64,000 nucleotides of DNA from Octopus vulgaris (Eukaryota): positions 29,512,001 through 29,576,000 of the forward strand of contig OX597838.1 in assembly GCA_951406725.2 (NCBI GenBank), written 5' to 3'. The notes beneath the pieces are model-generated. The model ran no database searches. It saw only the letters and a program-made list of their open reading frames with translations, and had not been told where the DNA came from. Numbering within the stretch: position 1 is the stretch's first letter; every line of letters starts with the position of its first letter. Of the stretch, positions 27,563 through 40,385 are shown piece after piece. A program made the translations under genes and the position numbers.

Positions 27563-27740
27563 TGTGTTACTTTGAATGTATTAGTGTGTGTGTGTGTGTG
27601 TGTTACTTTGAATGTATTAGTGTGTGTGTGTGTGTGTATGTGTTACTTTGAATGTATTAGTGTGTGTGTGTGTGTATGTGTTACTTTGAATGTATTAGTG
27701 TGTGTGTGTGTGTTACTTTGAATGTATTAGTGTGTGTGTA
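27563..27740. repeat. Minisatellite: tgttactttgaatgtattag + (TG)n, 5 units
   Basis: Invariant 20-mer separated by variable-length TG runs. Confidence 0.9.
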
Positions 27741-28865
27741 TGCTTGTAAGCATATGTGTGTATGTATAAGCCTGTCTGAGTTCGTGTGTGTGTGCCATAG
27801 GATGAAGACGGCAGCTTTCTCATCACTTCCTAACGTGATAGACAGAAAAACTAAGAAAAAAACCTTCGGACGAAAATTTTTTTAAAGTCAGCAATTAAAG
27901 ATTAATAATAATGCCAATAATGACAGTAATAATTATTACATAACACGTAATAATGATAAATATATATAATACAAATAAGTATTTCGTATATAACGACAGG
28001 GAGAGAAGGGTTTTTTTTTGGATTTAACGGACGACGGGTATCAAAAGTTAGTTCGGTCTCAATAACTTTGAAAGGCAAAGCGAAAGCTCTCATCATCCTG
28101 AAAGGAAAACAATGAGAGGGAGTAGGAGGATGAGGAAGAGGAGAAACAGATGCGGGAGGAGGAGGAGTGAAGGAGAGAAAAACCGGGGATGTTCGTATGA
28201 AAATCCGAAATTTCCGAAACGGAACGATGAAAACCTTGGCTCTTTTTTTTTTTTTTTTTGTTATTCAGCATCTTTTAATCGTCTTTTCTTTTCCTAATTT
28301 ACTTTCATTCTTTCTTTCTCTCTTTTTTTAAATTTTTTTTTCCCTGTATTAGCGTCATCTTATATTTGTTGTTTCTAATTTTGACCGTTTTTTCCTCTCT
28401 TTTTCTCATTGTCCCTTTTTCTTTTCCTTTCTCACCTTACTTTTCGAAATCCCCTTCTCTCTTTCCCCCATACGTATCTTTCTTTCACTCTCTCTCCCTC
28501 TCCCTACGTATGTATTTATCTACCTATCCATCACTCTTTACCCTTATCATACTTTCTACTTTTTACCTTATTTTCCCCTACACCATCACCTTAACTACTT
28601 CTCCATAACCCTCTCTTTCACTCTCTTTCTCTCAATCCTTCTGTCACTCTCTCTCTATATATATATCTATATGCCTCTTTCATTCTATCACAATTTATCC
28701 GTTACTTACTCCCTATATCTATCAATCTATATACCTCACTCTCGATTTATCCGTTACTCCCTCCCTATATGTATGTCTCTATCCCTTGTTCTCTTTCTCT
28801 TTCAATCTCTCTATCTGTTTACTCCCTCCTTATATCTGTCTCTATCTCTAATCTCTCTTTCTTTC

Positions 28866-29150
28866 TATCTATCACCTCCTCTCTATATATATATACATAT
28901 CTATATCTATCTATCACCTCCTCTGTCTCTATATATACATATCTATATCTATCTAGCACCTCCTCTCTCTCTATATATATACATATCTATATCTATCTAT
29001 CTATCACCTCCTCTCTCTATATATATACATATCTATATCTATCTATCTCTATCACCTCCTCTCTCTCTATATATACATATCTATATCTATCTATCTCTAT
29101 CACCCACCTCCTCTCTCTATATATATACATATCTATATCTATCTATCTAT
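28866..29150. repeat. ~44-50-bp minisatellite, about 6 units
   Basis: ctatcacctcctctct(ct)atatatatacatatctatatctat repeated. Confidence 0.85.
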
Positions 29151-29152
29151 AG

Positions 29153-29193
<41 letters not shown>

Positions 29194-29505
29194 TGTGTGC
29201 GTGCGTCTATCTCCATCTTTCTCCATCTCTCATTCAAGACGACCAACGTTCGTTTAAAAATCCTATAATAAACCGATTCAAAACTATATTCAACTTCAAA
29301 AATACAAACCTCCCCCCAAAAAAACCCAACCGAACAATCATCCAAAACTAAAAAAAAAAAAACGATCAAAAGAACCCATAAAAACCGATAAAAAAAAAGG
29401 CAAACGGGACAAAAAAACAACAACAACAAAACAAACAAATAAATAACAACAACATGATGAAGAACAAAACTCTTCGAACAAAACAAACAAAAAAAAGAAA
29501 CTTAC

Positions 29506-29659
29506 CAGCGTAGTTATCAAATAATGTAGGTAGATACTCCGTGTGGAAAGTATTATTTGTAATTCTGGCTGCTAAGCATGACTTGCCAATGGCACTGTCT
29601 CCGACCAGAACACACTTTATGTTGCTTTTGTCTAAACTTTCGTCGAGTTCGGACGTCAT
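29506..29659 (-). CDS. Rho-family small GTPase, first coding exon (51 codons + 1 nt, phase-1 intron)
   Basis: [51 protein letters not shown] contains the Rho beta1/P-loop ([11 protein letters not shown]) and switch I (EYxPTxFDNY). Similarity stops exactly at a canonical G|GTAAG donor (29505). Confidence 0.92.
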
Positions 29660-30056
29660 TTTGGGCGCTGGCTGGGTTGGTTGTAAATGATGGACCGGAA
29701 TTTGTGTGAGAGAAAAAAGAGAAAGGCAGAGAGTGTGTGTGCGTTAGAGAGAGAGTATGTGCGTGATGAAGGAGAGAGAGAGAGAGGGAGGGAAAGAGAG
29801 GGACATGTATATAGAGGGAGTGCATGAGGGGAAGAAGGGAGAAAGAGGGAGAGAGAGAGAAAACGAAACGGATTATTTCCCTTAGTAAATAGATGAATGA
29901 GTCAATGAATAAAAATAATATAAAAAAAGAGAAAATAAATACAAAGATAAATTAAAACATCTGAAAGAGAGGAAGGGAGAGAAAGAGAGAGAGAGAGAGA
30001 GAAGAAAGAACGAAGAGATATATTAGATAGAGACAGACAGATAGACATATAGGCAA

Positions 30057-30102
<46 letters not shown>

Positions 30103-30249
30103 GGATAGATAGAGGGATGGATAGATAGATAGATAGACAGACAGATAGATAGATAGATAGATAGATAGATGAGTCAATAAATAAAAATAATAAGAAGAAA
30201 AAATAATACAAAGATAAATTAAAACATCTGAAAGAGAGAGAGAGAAAAG

Positions 30250-30335
<86 letters not shown>

Positions 30336-31415
30336 TTGAGAGATAAAGAGACAGAGAGACAGACAAATAGAAAGTGAGGGGGAGATGGACTGACAGACAG
30401 ATAAACAGAGAGAGGGAGGGAGAGGAAGAAAGTCAGACAGACTGATAGGCAGGCAGACAGACAGGCTGGCAGGCAGGTAGGCAGGCAGACAGACAGAGAC
30501 AAAGGGAGAGACAGAAAGACAGATAGACAGACTGGAAGATTGATAGAAAGACAGATAGAGTCAGAGATAGAGAGAGAAGAAGTAGATGGATAGACAGGTA
30601 CAGAGAGAGGGAGGGAGAAAAAAGAGACAGTCAGTCAGAGAAAGAGAGAGAGGAGGAGAAACAGACTGACAGAGAGAGGAGGAGGAGGAGGAGGAAGAAT
30701 GAAATTAGGAAATAGAATGGGGATAGAGGAGGGGTTAGTTAAGGTGTGTAAATATAATTTCTAGACCTTAAGTTTTGTTGACTAAACTTAAAAGAAGCAA
30801 AATGTGATTTGCATTTTTTTAAATTTTCATTCTTTCCTTTTCTATAATTTTTACAAACATCCAAATTAATGCAAACATGTCTTTTATATCAAACGGAAAA
30901 TAAGTTTAAAAGAAACCCCTAAGTTTCGTTGTTGTCTCGTAAAATATTAAACGGTACAAAGAAGGGAGACCTTTAGACGGCACGGTAGAATATTTTTTTT
31001 GAAACGTTGGTTGAGGTGGAGTTGGTTGTACTTGAAGTTGTTTTACTTTATATCTTATATTATTTTTTTGGATTTTTGCTTCTTTTTCGAATTAAAATTC
31101 ATAAAATTTGTGTGTGAAGCCTTTCGTTTTCGAAGAAATGATTTGCTATTAATTAATTTATTGAAAAATATTATGAAGAAAAATGTTTTCATTATCAGCT
31201 CATAATTAAGTGGACCAAAGTTGGGATAAAAATTTTAATTATTTGATTGATTTTTTTCTTCTTTTTCTTCATTTATTAAATATTTCACGAGTTACATTTG
31301 GGTTTCGTGTGTGAAACTTAAGGGTTACCTTATAAGAGAAACTGAAAATGCCTCAAGAAATGTTTGTGTGTGTGTGAGTGTAATACACACAAACACACAT
31401 GCGTGTACATGTGTG

Positions 31416-31517
<102 letters not shown>

Positions 31518-31518
31518 C

Positions 31519-31553
<35 letters not shown>

Positions 31554-31594
31554 CATACATACATACATACATACATACATACATACATACATAC

Positions 31595-31637
<43 letters not shown>

Positions 31638-32557
31638 TAGATAGACATACATACATACATACATACATACATACATACATACATACATACATACATACAT
31701 ACGTACAGATGCGTATTTGTGTACATGCGTGTAAATACGTAATGCTGGTGTGTGTTGGTGTTGAGACACGTGGCTTGGTGATTACAGTTATAGAGTTACG
31801 ATCATTGGGTTGTGAGTTCGATACTCGGGCTAGGGAACCAAATGAATACCGGCGATAGGGCAGTGAAAAAATTAATTTTATGACTGACGGGCGTCCGTTC
31901 AGAAGCGAAGAATATCTTGTAGTTTCCATTGCCTCACAAATCCAAATAAACACCAGGTTTGTAGGTTCAATCCAGTTTTTAACTTTATATGCATGTCTGG
32001 GGGAGTGTGTGCTTCATAGATCGATACATGAATGCATTTTGATATATGTATTGATAGATCAATATGTGAATACATGCATATGGTGCGTGTGTGTATTCTG
32101 AATCGGCCCTCGAGTCACTTGTAACTTCTGATTATTAAAATTATATAAATACATACCTATATATAGTCTAAGAATCTACATCAGAAAAGAATGCATTCGT
32201 ATATTTGTCAGTAGAATGGATGTATTAATCTGAGTCGTCAGTTGTTTTGTTTTTGTTTTTATTGTTTTTTTTGTGGAGGTGGGGGGGTCATAACTGTCGT
32301 CTCAGAAGAGCACGCGGTATTACTCAACCGTCACGATAGGTAACATCCGGTTTTAGTACCGAATGCGAAACCTATTGGTAAGGCCGACTGTAATACTGTA
32401 TATTGTGATTAATGCTTGTGTGTGTGTGTGTGTAACCGTATATGTACATATGTATGTGTATGTTATGTGTGTGTGTGTGTGTGTAAACATATGTACATAT
32501 GCAAAAACACGTACATACAATACACACATATACATGTGTGTATGTTATTGTGAGTGA

Positions 32558-32594
<37 letters not shown>

Positions 32595-32849
32595 CACAGT
32601 AGATACAATTTTAGCCTCGTAAAAAGAAAAAAATATTTATTTGTCCCTTAGCAAAAAAATGGGATCAATGTATCAGTCTAACTAGTTTCAAGTCCTTTTT
32701 GTTTTCATTGATAGGTGGGGAGAGAGAAGAGCAATGCCCATGATCCTTGCAGGTTCCTTTACCCCACCCATCAGCCCCGCCTCCGGCCGGTAAGATTGCT
32801 ATCCTTAATGTTCCTGTTGGCGGTTTGTCAGCCAACACCCACGGGAAAG

Positions 32850-33700
32850 ACATGAAGGGTGAGAATGCCGGTGGGATTGTATTCAGGGAAAGAAGGATCG
32901 GGTGTAGGGATCAATGTGTAGCCTTGGAGTGGGGTAGACACAACCCGGGTGATGGGTAGAGGAGAGATGAGAGGGGTGAGAGGACCCTAATGGAGGTGAT
33001 ATGAACCCAGTCGGTTCCGACGAGCAGAGGCCAAGAGAGGAGGCAACACACTGGTGGAAGTCTGACTGTCCATGACCTTTGACATGTCGGGGTTCAGTAG
33101 GGGTTGTGCTATTCATCCTTTCCATCACTGAATACAAAACGTGGCTCGCGAGTTCTCCGATCGGGTGGTTCGCCTGAGTAACCCTGCCACCCTTGAGCCG
33201 AAATCTGTCACAACGGAACCCATTAACCGCTGACTGGGATGGAGCAACGTGAAATGAATATTTTTTCTCAAAAGCACAACGCACTGCTCGTCTGGAAATC
33301 GAAACCGCGATCTCGCAATCGCAAGTGTAACATCCTAACCACTCGGCCGCGCGCCTTCACTGGCCATCCATAGTGAACAAGCCAGGCCTACTTGTTAGGT
33401 TTAAGGCCTAGATATACCAACATGACATCCTCCCACGGCTCTTGGTGTATGAAGTCCCAATATACACAGTGGAGGGATTCGAAAAGAGGATCAACAGGTT
33501 CTTGCAAAAATGCCAGGAACTTATTCGGTTCCTGGGCAGCATCAACCTGTATGGAACGAATAACAAGTTGAAGCTCTCCATCAGCAGCTGGAGAGAAAAA
33601 TTCATGCTTATCCTTATTGGGGAGGTGCTGCAATTCTGAAATTCCTGTGACTCAAAAATCTTTCGGGTTAATATCAAAGTCAGAATAGGACAGAAATGGA
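32850..33700 (-). mobile_element. Highly decayed CR1/L2-like LINE 3' region, interrupted by a SINE head (33220-33360)
   Basis: PRLHIDPYTRSFFP.NTIP resembles the SFFPRTIxxWN terminal motif; NKFLAFLQ upstream. Confidence 0.5.
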
Positions 33701-34359
33701 GAACAGTGGAGGCTATCGATGCTGCAGAGTTGCAACTAAGACATTACTGGTAAATGCTGTAATTCGTGGAAAGGCGAGCCTTCGTTGGCAGCACGATACC
33801 TCCTTGAGGCAAGGTGCAAGAAAAGGAAGGGGAAGCTACGGATCCAGACTGAGATGCGAGTGTCGACTGGGTGGGAACGATCCAGCAAGAATGTTGGGAT
33901 GCCTGGTCCTTGGAGAGCAGAACACCACCAGGTATAATTCTCAATTCAGGCAATTTACGACGTCTTACCGATCTTATCCGACTTGTTCTCCTGGGGGAAA
34001 TTAGAGTCATCAGCGTGACCTCTGTGTCTCAGGATTCGTGACAGACGAACTATAGACAGGAATTTTGCTGCGGGCTAGCTAGGGAGTTGGTCAGCAGCGA
34101 AAGGGACTTCCGGTTTGAGAAGGGAAATAAAATAATGTTAAACGAATCTGAATTAACTAAACAGAAATAACTGTCGACTTAAGCCCTGATGTACGGAAAG
34201 TAATAAACCTTTGAGAAACATATTCTCGTCTCTACTAGTTTGTGTATAGCTCAACAAAGCTATGAGGAACTCTAAAACATGTTGTCAATAACTGTCCAAA
34301 GACCCTGGGAGAGGGGACCGGCATTCTTTTGATATGAGTCCCATTTACATCACGTGTAT

Positions 34360-34759
34360 TTACTCTTTACTCTCTTTTACTTGTTTCAGTCATTTGACTA
34401 CGGCCATGCTGGAGCACCGCCTTTAATCGAGCAACTTGACCCCGGGACTTATTCTTTGTAAGCCCAGTACTTATTCTATCGATCTCTTTTTGCCGAACCG
34501 CTAAGTTACGGGGACATAAACACACCAGCATCGGTTGTCAAGCAATGCTAAGGGGACAAACACAGACACACACGCATATATATATATATATATACGACGG
34601 GCTTCTTTCAGTTTCCGTCTACCAAATCCACTCACAAGGCTTTGGTCGGCCCGAGGCTATAGTAGAAGACACTTGCCCAAGGTGCCACGCAGTGGGACTG
34701 AACCCGGAACCATGTGGTTGGTAAACGAGCTACTTACCACACAGCCACTCCTGCGCCTA
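34360..34759 (-). mobile_element. SINE family A, full length
   Basis: Matches the family A consensus. Confidence 0.88.
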
Positions 34760-35216
34760 TATTTACATTTGAAGAAGATCGTCACTTTCCGTAAAATTTC
34801 TTTTTTTTATATATATATATATATGGTTAGGGTTAGGGTTAGGGGTGGGGAGAAGGGTATCTTTTTTCTTCAGAAATGTAAATAAACCCACGTGGGTTTA
34901 TAATTGACAGTTATGTTACTAGTATCGAATGATCGCCAGCGGACCTAATACTGGAGACCTGACCAAACCCTGAAGCTAATGGCAGAGAGCACCTGCAATG
35001 GGATTAGCTATTACAAGCACCTCTGCTCGACGAAAAAGTTTAACAAAGTTGTCAAGGCTGGTGTGAAGAAGATGGCAGACAACAGGTCCACCGCTCCCTG
35101 AATCACTTTGCAAACAGCACGTGACAGCGAGCCGAAAGTTGATCTGAGGAAGTAGCTGAAGTCCCTTGAAACTGTCGCCTCAACGTAACTAAGAATAGAC
35201 ATGAATGCGTGCGTGT

Positions 35217-35269
<53 letters not shown>

Positions 35270-36030
35270 TGTAAAATTCCTAGCCTTGCGCAGTGAATCA
35301 GCAATATCGGGAAGGAAATTAGTTCAAATATCTCGGAACTTTTATAGAAATGCGAGAATGGGATGGGCCTTAATCATAAGAAGCCGAACTTGATGAAAAC
35401 ATGAAGAAAGCTAATCAAACTCTAGGAATACTTTCAAGTGTGTATAGAAACCACAATTTGGCAGTCTGTACGATTTATGGGTAGGTCTTTAAACGACGTC
35501 CGGTGACGAGACTTCGGTTCAGGAGTTCTGGGATTATGGAGAGCGTGGAATCACGTCTTAATTACCGTTACTCCCAGGTCCGTTTTGACTTACGATGGTA
35601 GTACCTCTCAGGGTTTCATCTAAGGGTTAAATAGGCTTCTCGGGGGTTTAGGAGGTTCCGGTTATCTTTGACAAAGCTCTGAGGGAGGAAGTTCTTCTAT
35701 GGCGACCGACTGAGTGCCGAAAGTGTTGTACAGGCTTTTTGTCACTTAAATCCAATGGTGTTCAGCTGTCCCACTATTGTCTCATTTCGTCATCCGTTTT
35801 GTATTTTTTAAAGTTCGATGGCGATGGATATCTGCGCACATGCAAGGATGCAAAGTTAATAAGAACAATCGATTTATTATCGGAGAAGCTGAGGCAATCA
35901 TCATATATAAGGGGCTCTGAATAGAAGTATTACTTTTGGTGTTTGGCAGCTGCATCTTACCAGGGATGGTCGGGTGGACGGGTATCTCTGGTCCTCATTC
36001 AATTCCTAATCTCACATGATGGCTCCTACC

Positions 36031-36262
36031 TATTTCTTTATTACCCACAAGGGGCTAAACACTGAGAGGACAAACAAGGAGAGACAAACAGATTAAGTCG
36101 ATTATATCGACCCCAGTGTGTAACTAGTACTTATTTAATCGACCCTGGAAGGATGAAAGGCAAAGTCGACCTCGACGGAATTTGAACTCAGAACGTAACG
36201 GCAGACGAAATACGGCTACGCATTTCGCCCGGCGTGCTGACGTTTCTGCCATCTCGCCGCCT
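36031..36262 (-). mobile_element. SINE family B monomer with 19-bp TSD
   Basis: Flanks tcacatgatggctcctacc (36012-36030) and tcacgtgatggctcctacc (36263-36281). Confidence 0.9.
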
Positions 36263-36499
36263 TCACGTGATGGCTCCTACCACCAGCCACGGTACCCTCC
36301 CACTTCGGCTGATGCGCCAAACCAGGTGAGGAGATGGTGTTAAAACACTGCACCAGTAGATGAAAGACTCCGGTGAGGTTTCCCAGGGAGTCACCAGCTA
36401 GGGCGGAAGAACCTGTTCGAGGCCAAGTTGTGTCACATGTAGATGCATATGGTTGTGGTTATCAGCTTGGAGAGGAATGGGTGCCGCCAAGCTAACTTT

Positions 36500-36720
36500 C
36501 CCGTGATGCATACATGATGAGGACAATCAGACCGGAACCCGTACCGGATCGGTCGTCATCCGGGTTAACATCAAACAATGGACAGACCACAATTTCGCCG
36601 ATTCACAGAGTGCAGTAGAAGACCGAGGGAAGTTGCGGAATGTGGCTACGACGTCATCAACGAATGACGCAACGACCACACGATCAAGGGATAACGGTGA
36701 CCGGCGCTTCCCACTGATGA
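36500..36720 (+). mobile_element. RTE LINE 3' end fragment
   Basis: NIKQWTDHNFADSQSAVEDRGKLRNV peptide. Confidence 0.6.
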
Positions 36721-36866
36721 TTTCCAGTAGACCGAAATCATGTGATATCAGAATTCCGGCACTCATGACAGACGATTCTCGTCTGCTACAATCAACGTGT
36801 GTACTTTTATGCACCAAACATCTGTATGAGAGGATCTTTCAAGGCTAATAACGCAATATTTGGTGT

Positions 36867-36917
<51 letters not shown>

Positions 36918-36919
<2 letters not shown>

Positions 36920-37217
36920 AGGCGCAATGGCCGAGTGGTTAGGACAGCGGACTCGCGGTCGTAGGATCGCGATTTCGATTCCCAGACCGGGCGTTGTGAG
37001 TGTTTATTGAGCGAAAACACCTAAAGCTCCACGAGGCTCCGGCAGGGGGTGGTGGCGGTCCCTGCTGTACTCTTTCGCCAAAACTTTCTCTCACTCTTTC
37101 TTCTGTCGGCCTGCTCGCTTAACCAGCGGAGTGGCGTCATTTGAAGGCTAAAACAATGCGAAGCGCATTGTGACCAGCGATGTGTTGCAATATCTGATAA
37201 CCTGGTCGGTCACGGTG
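36918..37217 (+). mobile_element. SINE family C (tRNA-derived head)
   Basis: A box tggccgagtgg and B box ttcgattcc, followed by a non-tRNA body shared with other copies. Confidence 0.85.
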
Positions 37218-37864
37218 TTTTATATATATATATATATTCACTTTAATGTTTTTGCCTGTATTTAATTTTAATTTGCATATGCTCGTCAGTTCGCTACGAT
37301 CTCTTTAAAGTAAACAAAATTTTAAAATTTTAATTGGGGGAGGGGAAAAGGTGGGCTGGGGGGAGTTAAATTAAAAAAAAAATTTTTTCCGTATATTTGT
37401 AATTTCCGACATCTAAAACGTAGGAATCCGAAAATTTTTTTTTTCTTTTCAAAAAAATGCATTTTTCAAGGAGAGGTGCTAAACAGCATAAGCCCCGATT
37501 TGTCAAATATGGTCAGATGTTTTGGGAATCCAGCCATACCGATCTTGACCTCTCGTACAAAACGGAGGTCACGCAGTGGCAGACAATGAGAGCCTTGGCA
37601 GTAATGAGGTCACTTAAATTAATCCCAGTTATCACATATATACTATAAAATGGTAAATATACTATAATAACGGTAATTACATCATGTTTAATTAATCCTT
37701 GTGCTTTATGTATGGTTGTGTAGTAAAGTTTGCTTCCGAGTCACGCGGTTTCAAATCCAGTCCCACTGTATTGCACCTTGGACAACTGTCCTCTACTTTG
37801 AATCTGGGATGACCAAAGCCTTGAGTGCGACTTCTGTAGACAGAAACTAAAAGAAGCCTGTCTC

Positions 37865-37915
<51 letters not shown>

Positions 37916-37938
37916 CATACATACATACATACATACAT

Positions 37939-38031
<93 letters not shown>

Positions 38032-38033
<2 letters not shown>

Positions 38034-39289
38034 GTATCTCACAGAAATATGTACATCCCTAAAAATTTTCGGTAAAATTGCTATTACTCTGAAAATATCG
38101 AAAGAAATCAAACGAAATTCATAGTGAATAAAATATTTTATGCGTGCAAACATTATACAAATTTGGAACACAAAACAATAAACATTTTCAAAGATATGAA
38201 CGAAATATTAATTTTCAAACGATGCAAAAATATTTACACCCTAAAGGATTATTTTCTATGTTCACTATTCGGTGTGACAACCCTCGCTTTCAATGACTGC
38301 ATTAAGTCTTCTGGGCATAGGGTCGACTAAATATCCACATATAACCGATGTAATCGACCTCCATTCATCCTGAATGATGTCTTTTAACTGTGTTGCATCG
38401 CAGACACAATGTGGAGGCGCAATGGCCCAGTGGTTAGAGCAGCAGACTCGCGGTTTTAGGATCGCGGTTTCGATTCCCAGACCGGGCGTTGTGAGTATTT
38501 ATTGAGCGAAAACCCCTAAAGCTCCACGAGGCTCCGGTAGGGGTGGGATGTAGCGAACCCTGCTGTACCCTTTCACCACAGCTTTCTCTCACTCTTTCTT
38601 CCTGTTTCTGTTGTTGTACCTGTATTTCAAAGGGACAGCCTTGTCACACTCTGTGTCACGCTGAATCTCCCCCGAGAACTACGTTAAGAGTACATGTGTC
38701 TGTGGAGTGCTCAGCCACTTGCACATTAATTTCACTAGCAGGCTGTTCCGTTGATCGGATCAACTGGAACCCTCGTCGTCGTAACCGACGGAGTGCCACC
38801 ACATTGCAGGATTTTTTCTCCTCAACGTTCCTTTTCAAAACACCCCACAAATGTTCTATTGGGTTTAAATCAAGTGACATGGTAGGCCAAGGCAATACTT
38901 TTACCTTTTTATCTGATAAAACCTTAGTCGTCATCTTTGAAATGTGTTTAGGGTCATTATCAGGTTGGAATATGGAACGTCTTCCGAGTTCCTTGATGCT
39001 TTTCAACATTGTATTCTGTATTATGTCACAATAAAAAAAAAACCTAGATAAAATACTGAATATGGCAGACTTTTTTAGGATGTACATATTTTCGTAACGT
39101 TTGAAAATTAATATTTCATTTATATATTTGAAATTGTTTATTGTTTTGTGTTCAAAATTTGTATAATGTTTGCATGTATAATATATTTTACTCAGTATAA
39201 ATTTCCTTTGATTTCCTTCGATATTTTCAGAGTAATGGCAATTTTACCGAAAATTTTTTAGAGGTGTATATACTTCTGTGAAGATACTA
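38032..39289 (-). mobile_element. Internally deleted Tc1-like transposon with ~215-bp TIRs
   Basis: TIRs at 38032-38245 and 39075-39289. Transposase FQPDNDPKH..WPTMSLDLNPIEHLW (DD34E type) continues beyond a SINE as ..QLKDIIQDEW..PMPRRLNAVIESEGCHTE*. Confidence 0.9.
38413..38797 (+). mobile_element. SINE family C inserted in the Tc1 transposase
   Basis: Same head as 36918; splits the transposase reading frame. Confidence 0.85.
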
Positions 39290-39351
39290 TATATGTGTGT
39301 GTATGTGTGTATGTATGTACCTATTTATATACGAGTATATGCGCTTGTGTA

Positions 39352-39428
<77 letters not shown>

Positions 39429-40132
39429 CTGGAGGAATGTGAGTTCGTCCTTTAATTGGAGTAATTTCCAAAGATTTCTAACATTGTTTCTTCACGCTTT
39501 ACCATTGCATTTCCTAATGTAAATTTGTATAGGTACGAAAACTTATATAGGAGCAATCAGTATATGATCTAACTTAAAACAGATATGGCTCCAAGAACTA
39601 ACGCATTATGATTACTAAGGGAAATATCGATGTACTTCTAACGTCTTTTTTTAGTTTTTATCCCAACTACCAACGAGTACAAATTTGACTTTTCCGATTT
39701 TCTATTATGAATATCTGAGTATTTTTGTATGAAACAAATTGTATACCAGCCTGAATAATAAAAACAATAACCCATTTTAACATCTTATCCTCCATTACAT
39801 AAATATGAACGAATTTGTTGAATTGTGTTTAATAAGTTAAATCATATACCGATTACTTTATATATATATATATTTATATTTTTATTCTGTTATTTGTTTT
39901 GGTCATTTGACTGTGGCTGTGCTGGAGCACCGCCTTTAGTCGAACAGATCGACCCCAGGACTCATTCTTTGTAAGCCTAGTACTTATTCTATCGCTCTGT
40001 TTTGCCGAACCGCTAAGTTACGGGGACGTAGACACACCAACAGATGGATTGTGGTTCACTTCAGCTGTTTCAGACGTATTTTGTTTGTGTGTGTTTGTAA
40101 TATTTTCTTCAAATCTCCAGATAATTCTTTTC

Positions 40133-40200
<68 letters not shown>

Positions 40201-40207
40201 GTGTATT

Positions 40208-40238
<31 letters not shown>

Positions 40239-40294
40239 ATATATATATGTATGTATGTATATATATATATATATATATATATACATACACACAC

Positions 40295-40325
<31 letters not shown>

Positions 40326-40352
40326 CATACATACATACATACATACATACAT

Positions 40353-40385
<33 letters not shown>

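Noticed and set aside
29366-29505. Hydrophobic C-terminal half of the 97-aa Rho ORF
   Set aside because: Read-through into a T-rich intron past the GTAAG donor.
35011-35200. Coding-like unique stretch (KKFNKVVKAGVKKMADNR)
   Set aside because: Short, stop-bounded, and no family recognised.
36918-36990. tRNA gene (also at 38413, 7850-7920 and family A/B heads)
   Set aside because: A and B boxes are present, but there is no acceptor stem and the sequence continues into a multi-copy SINE body.
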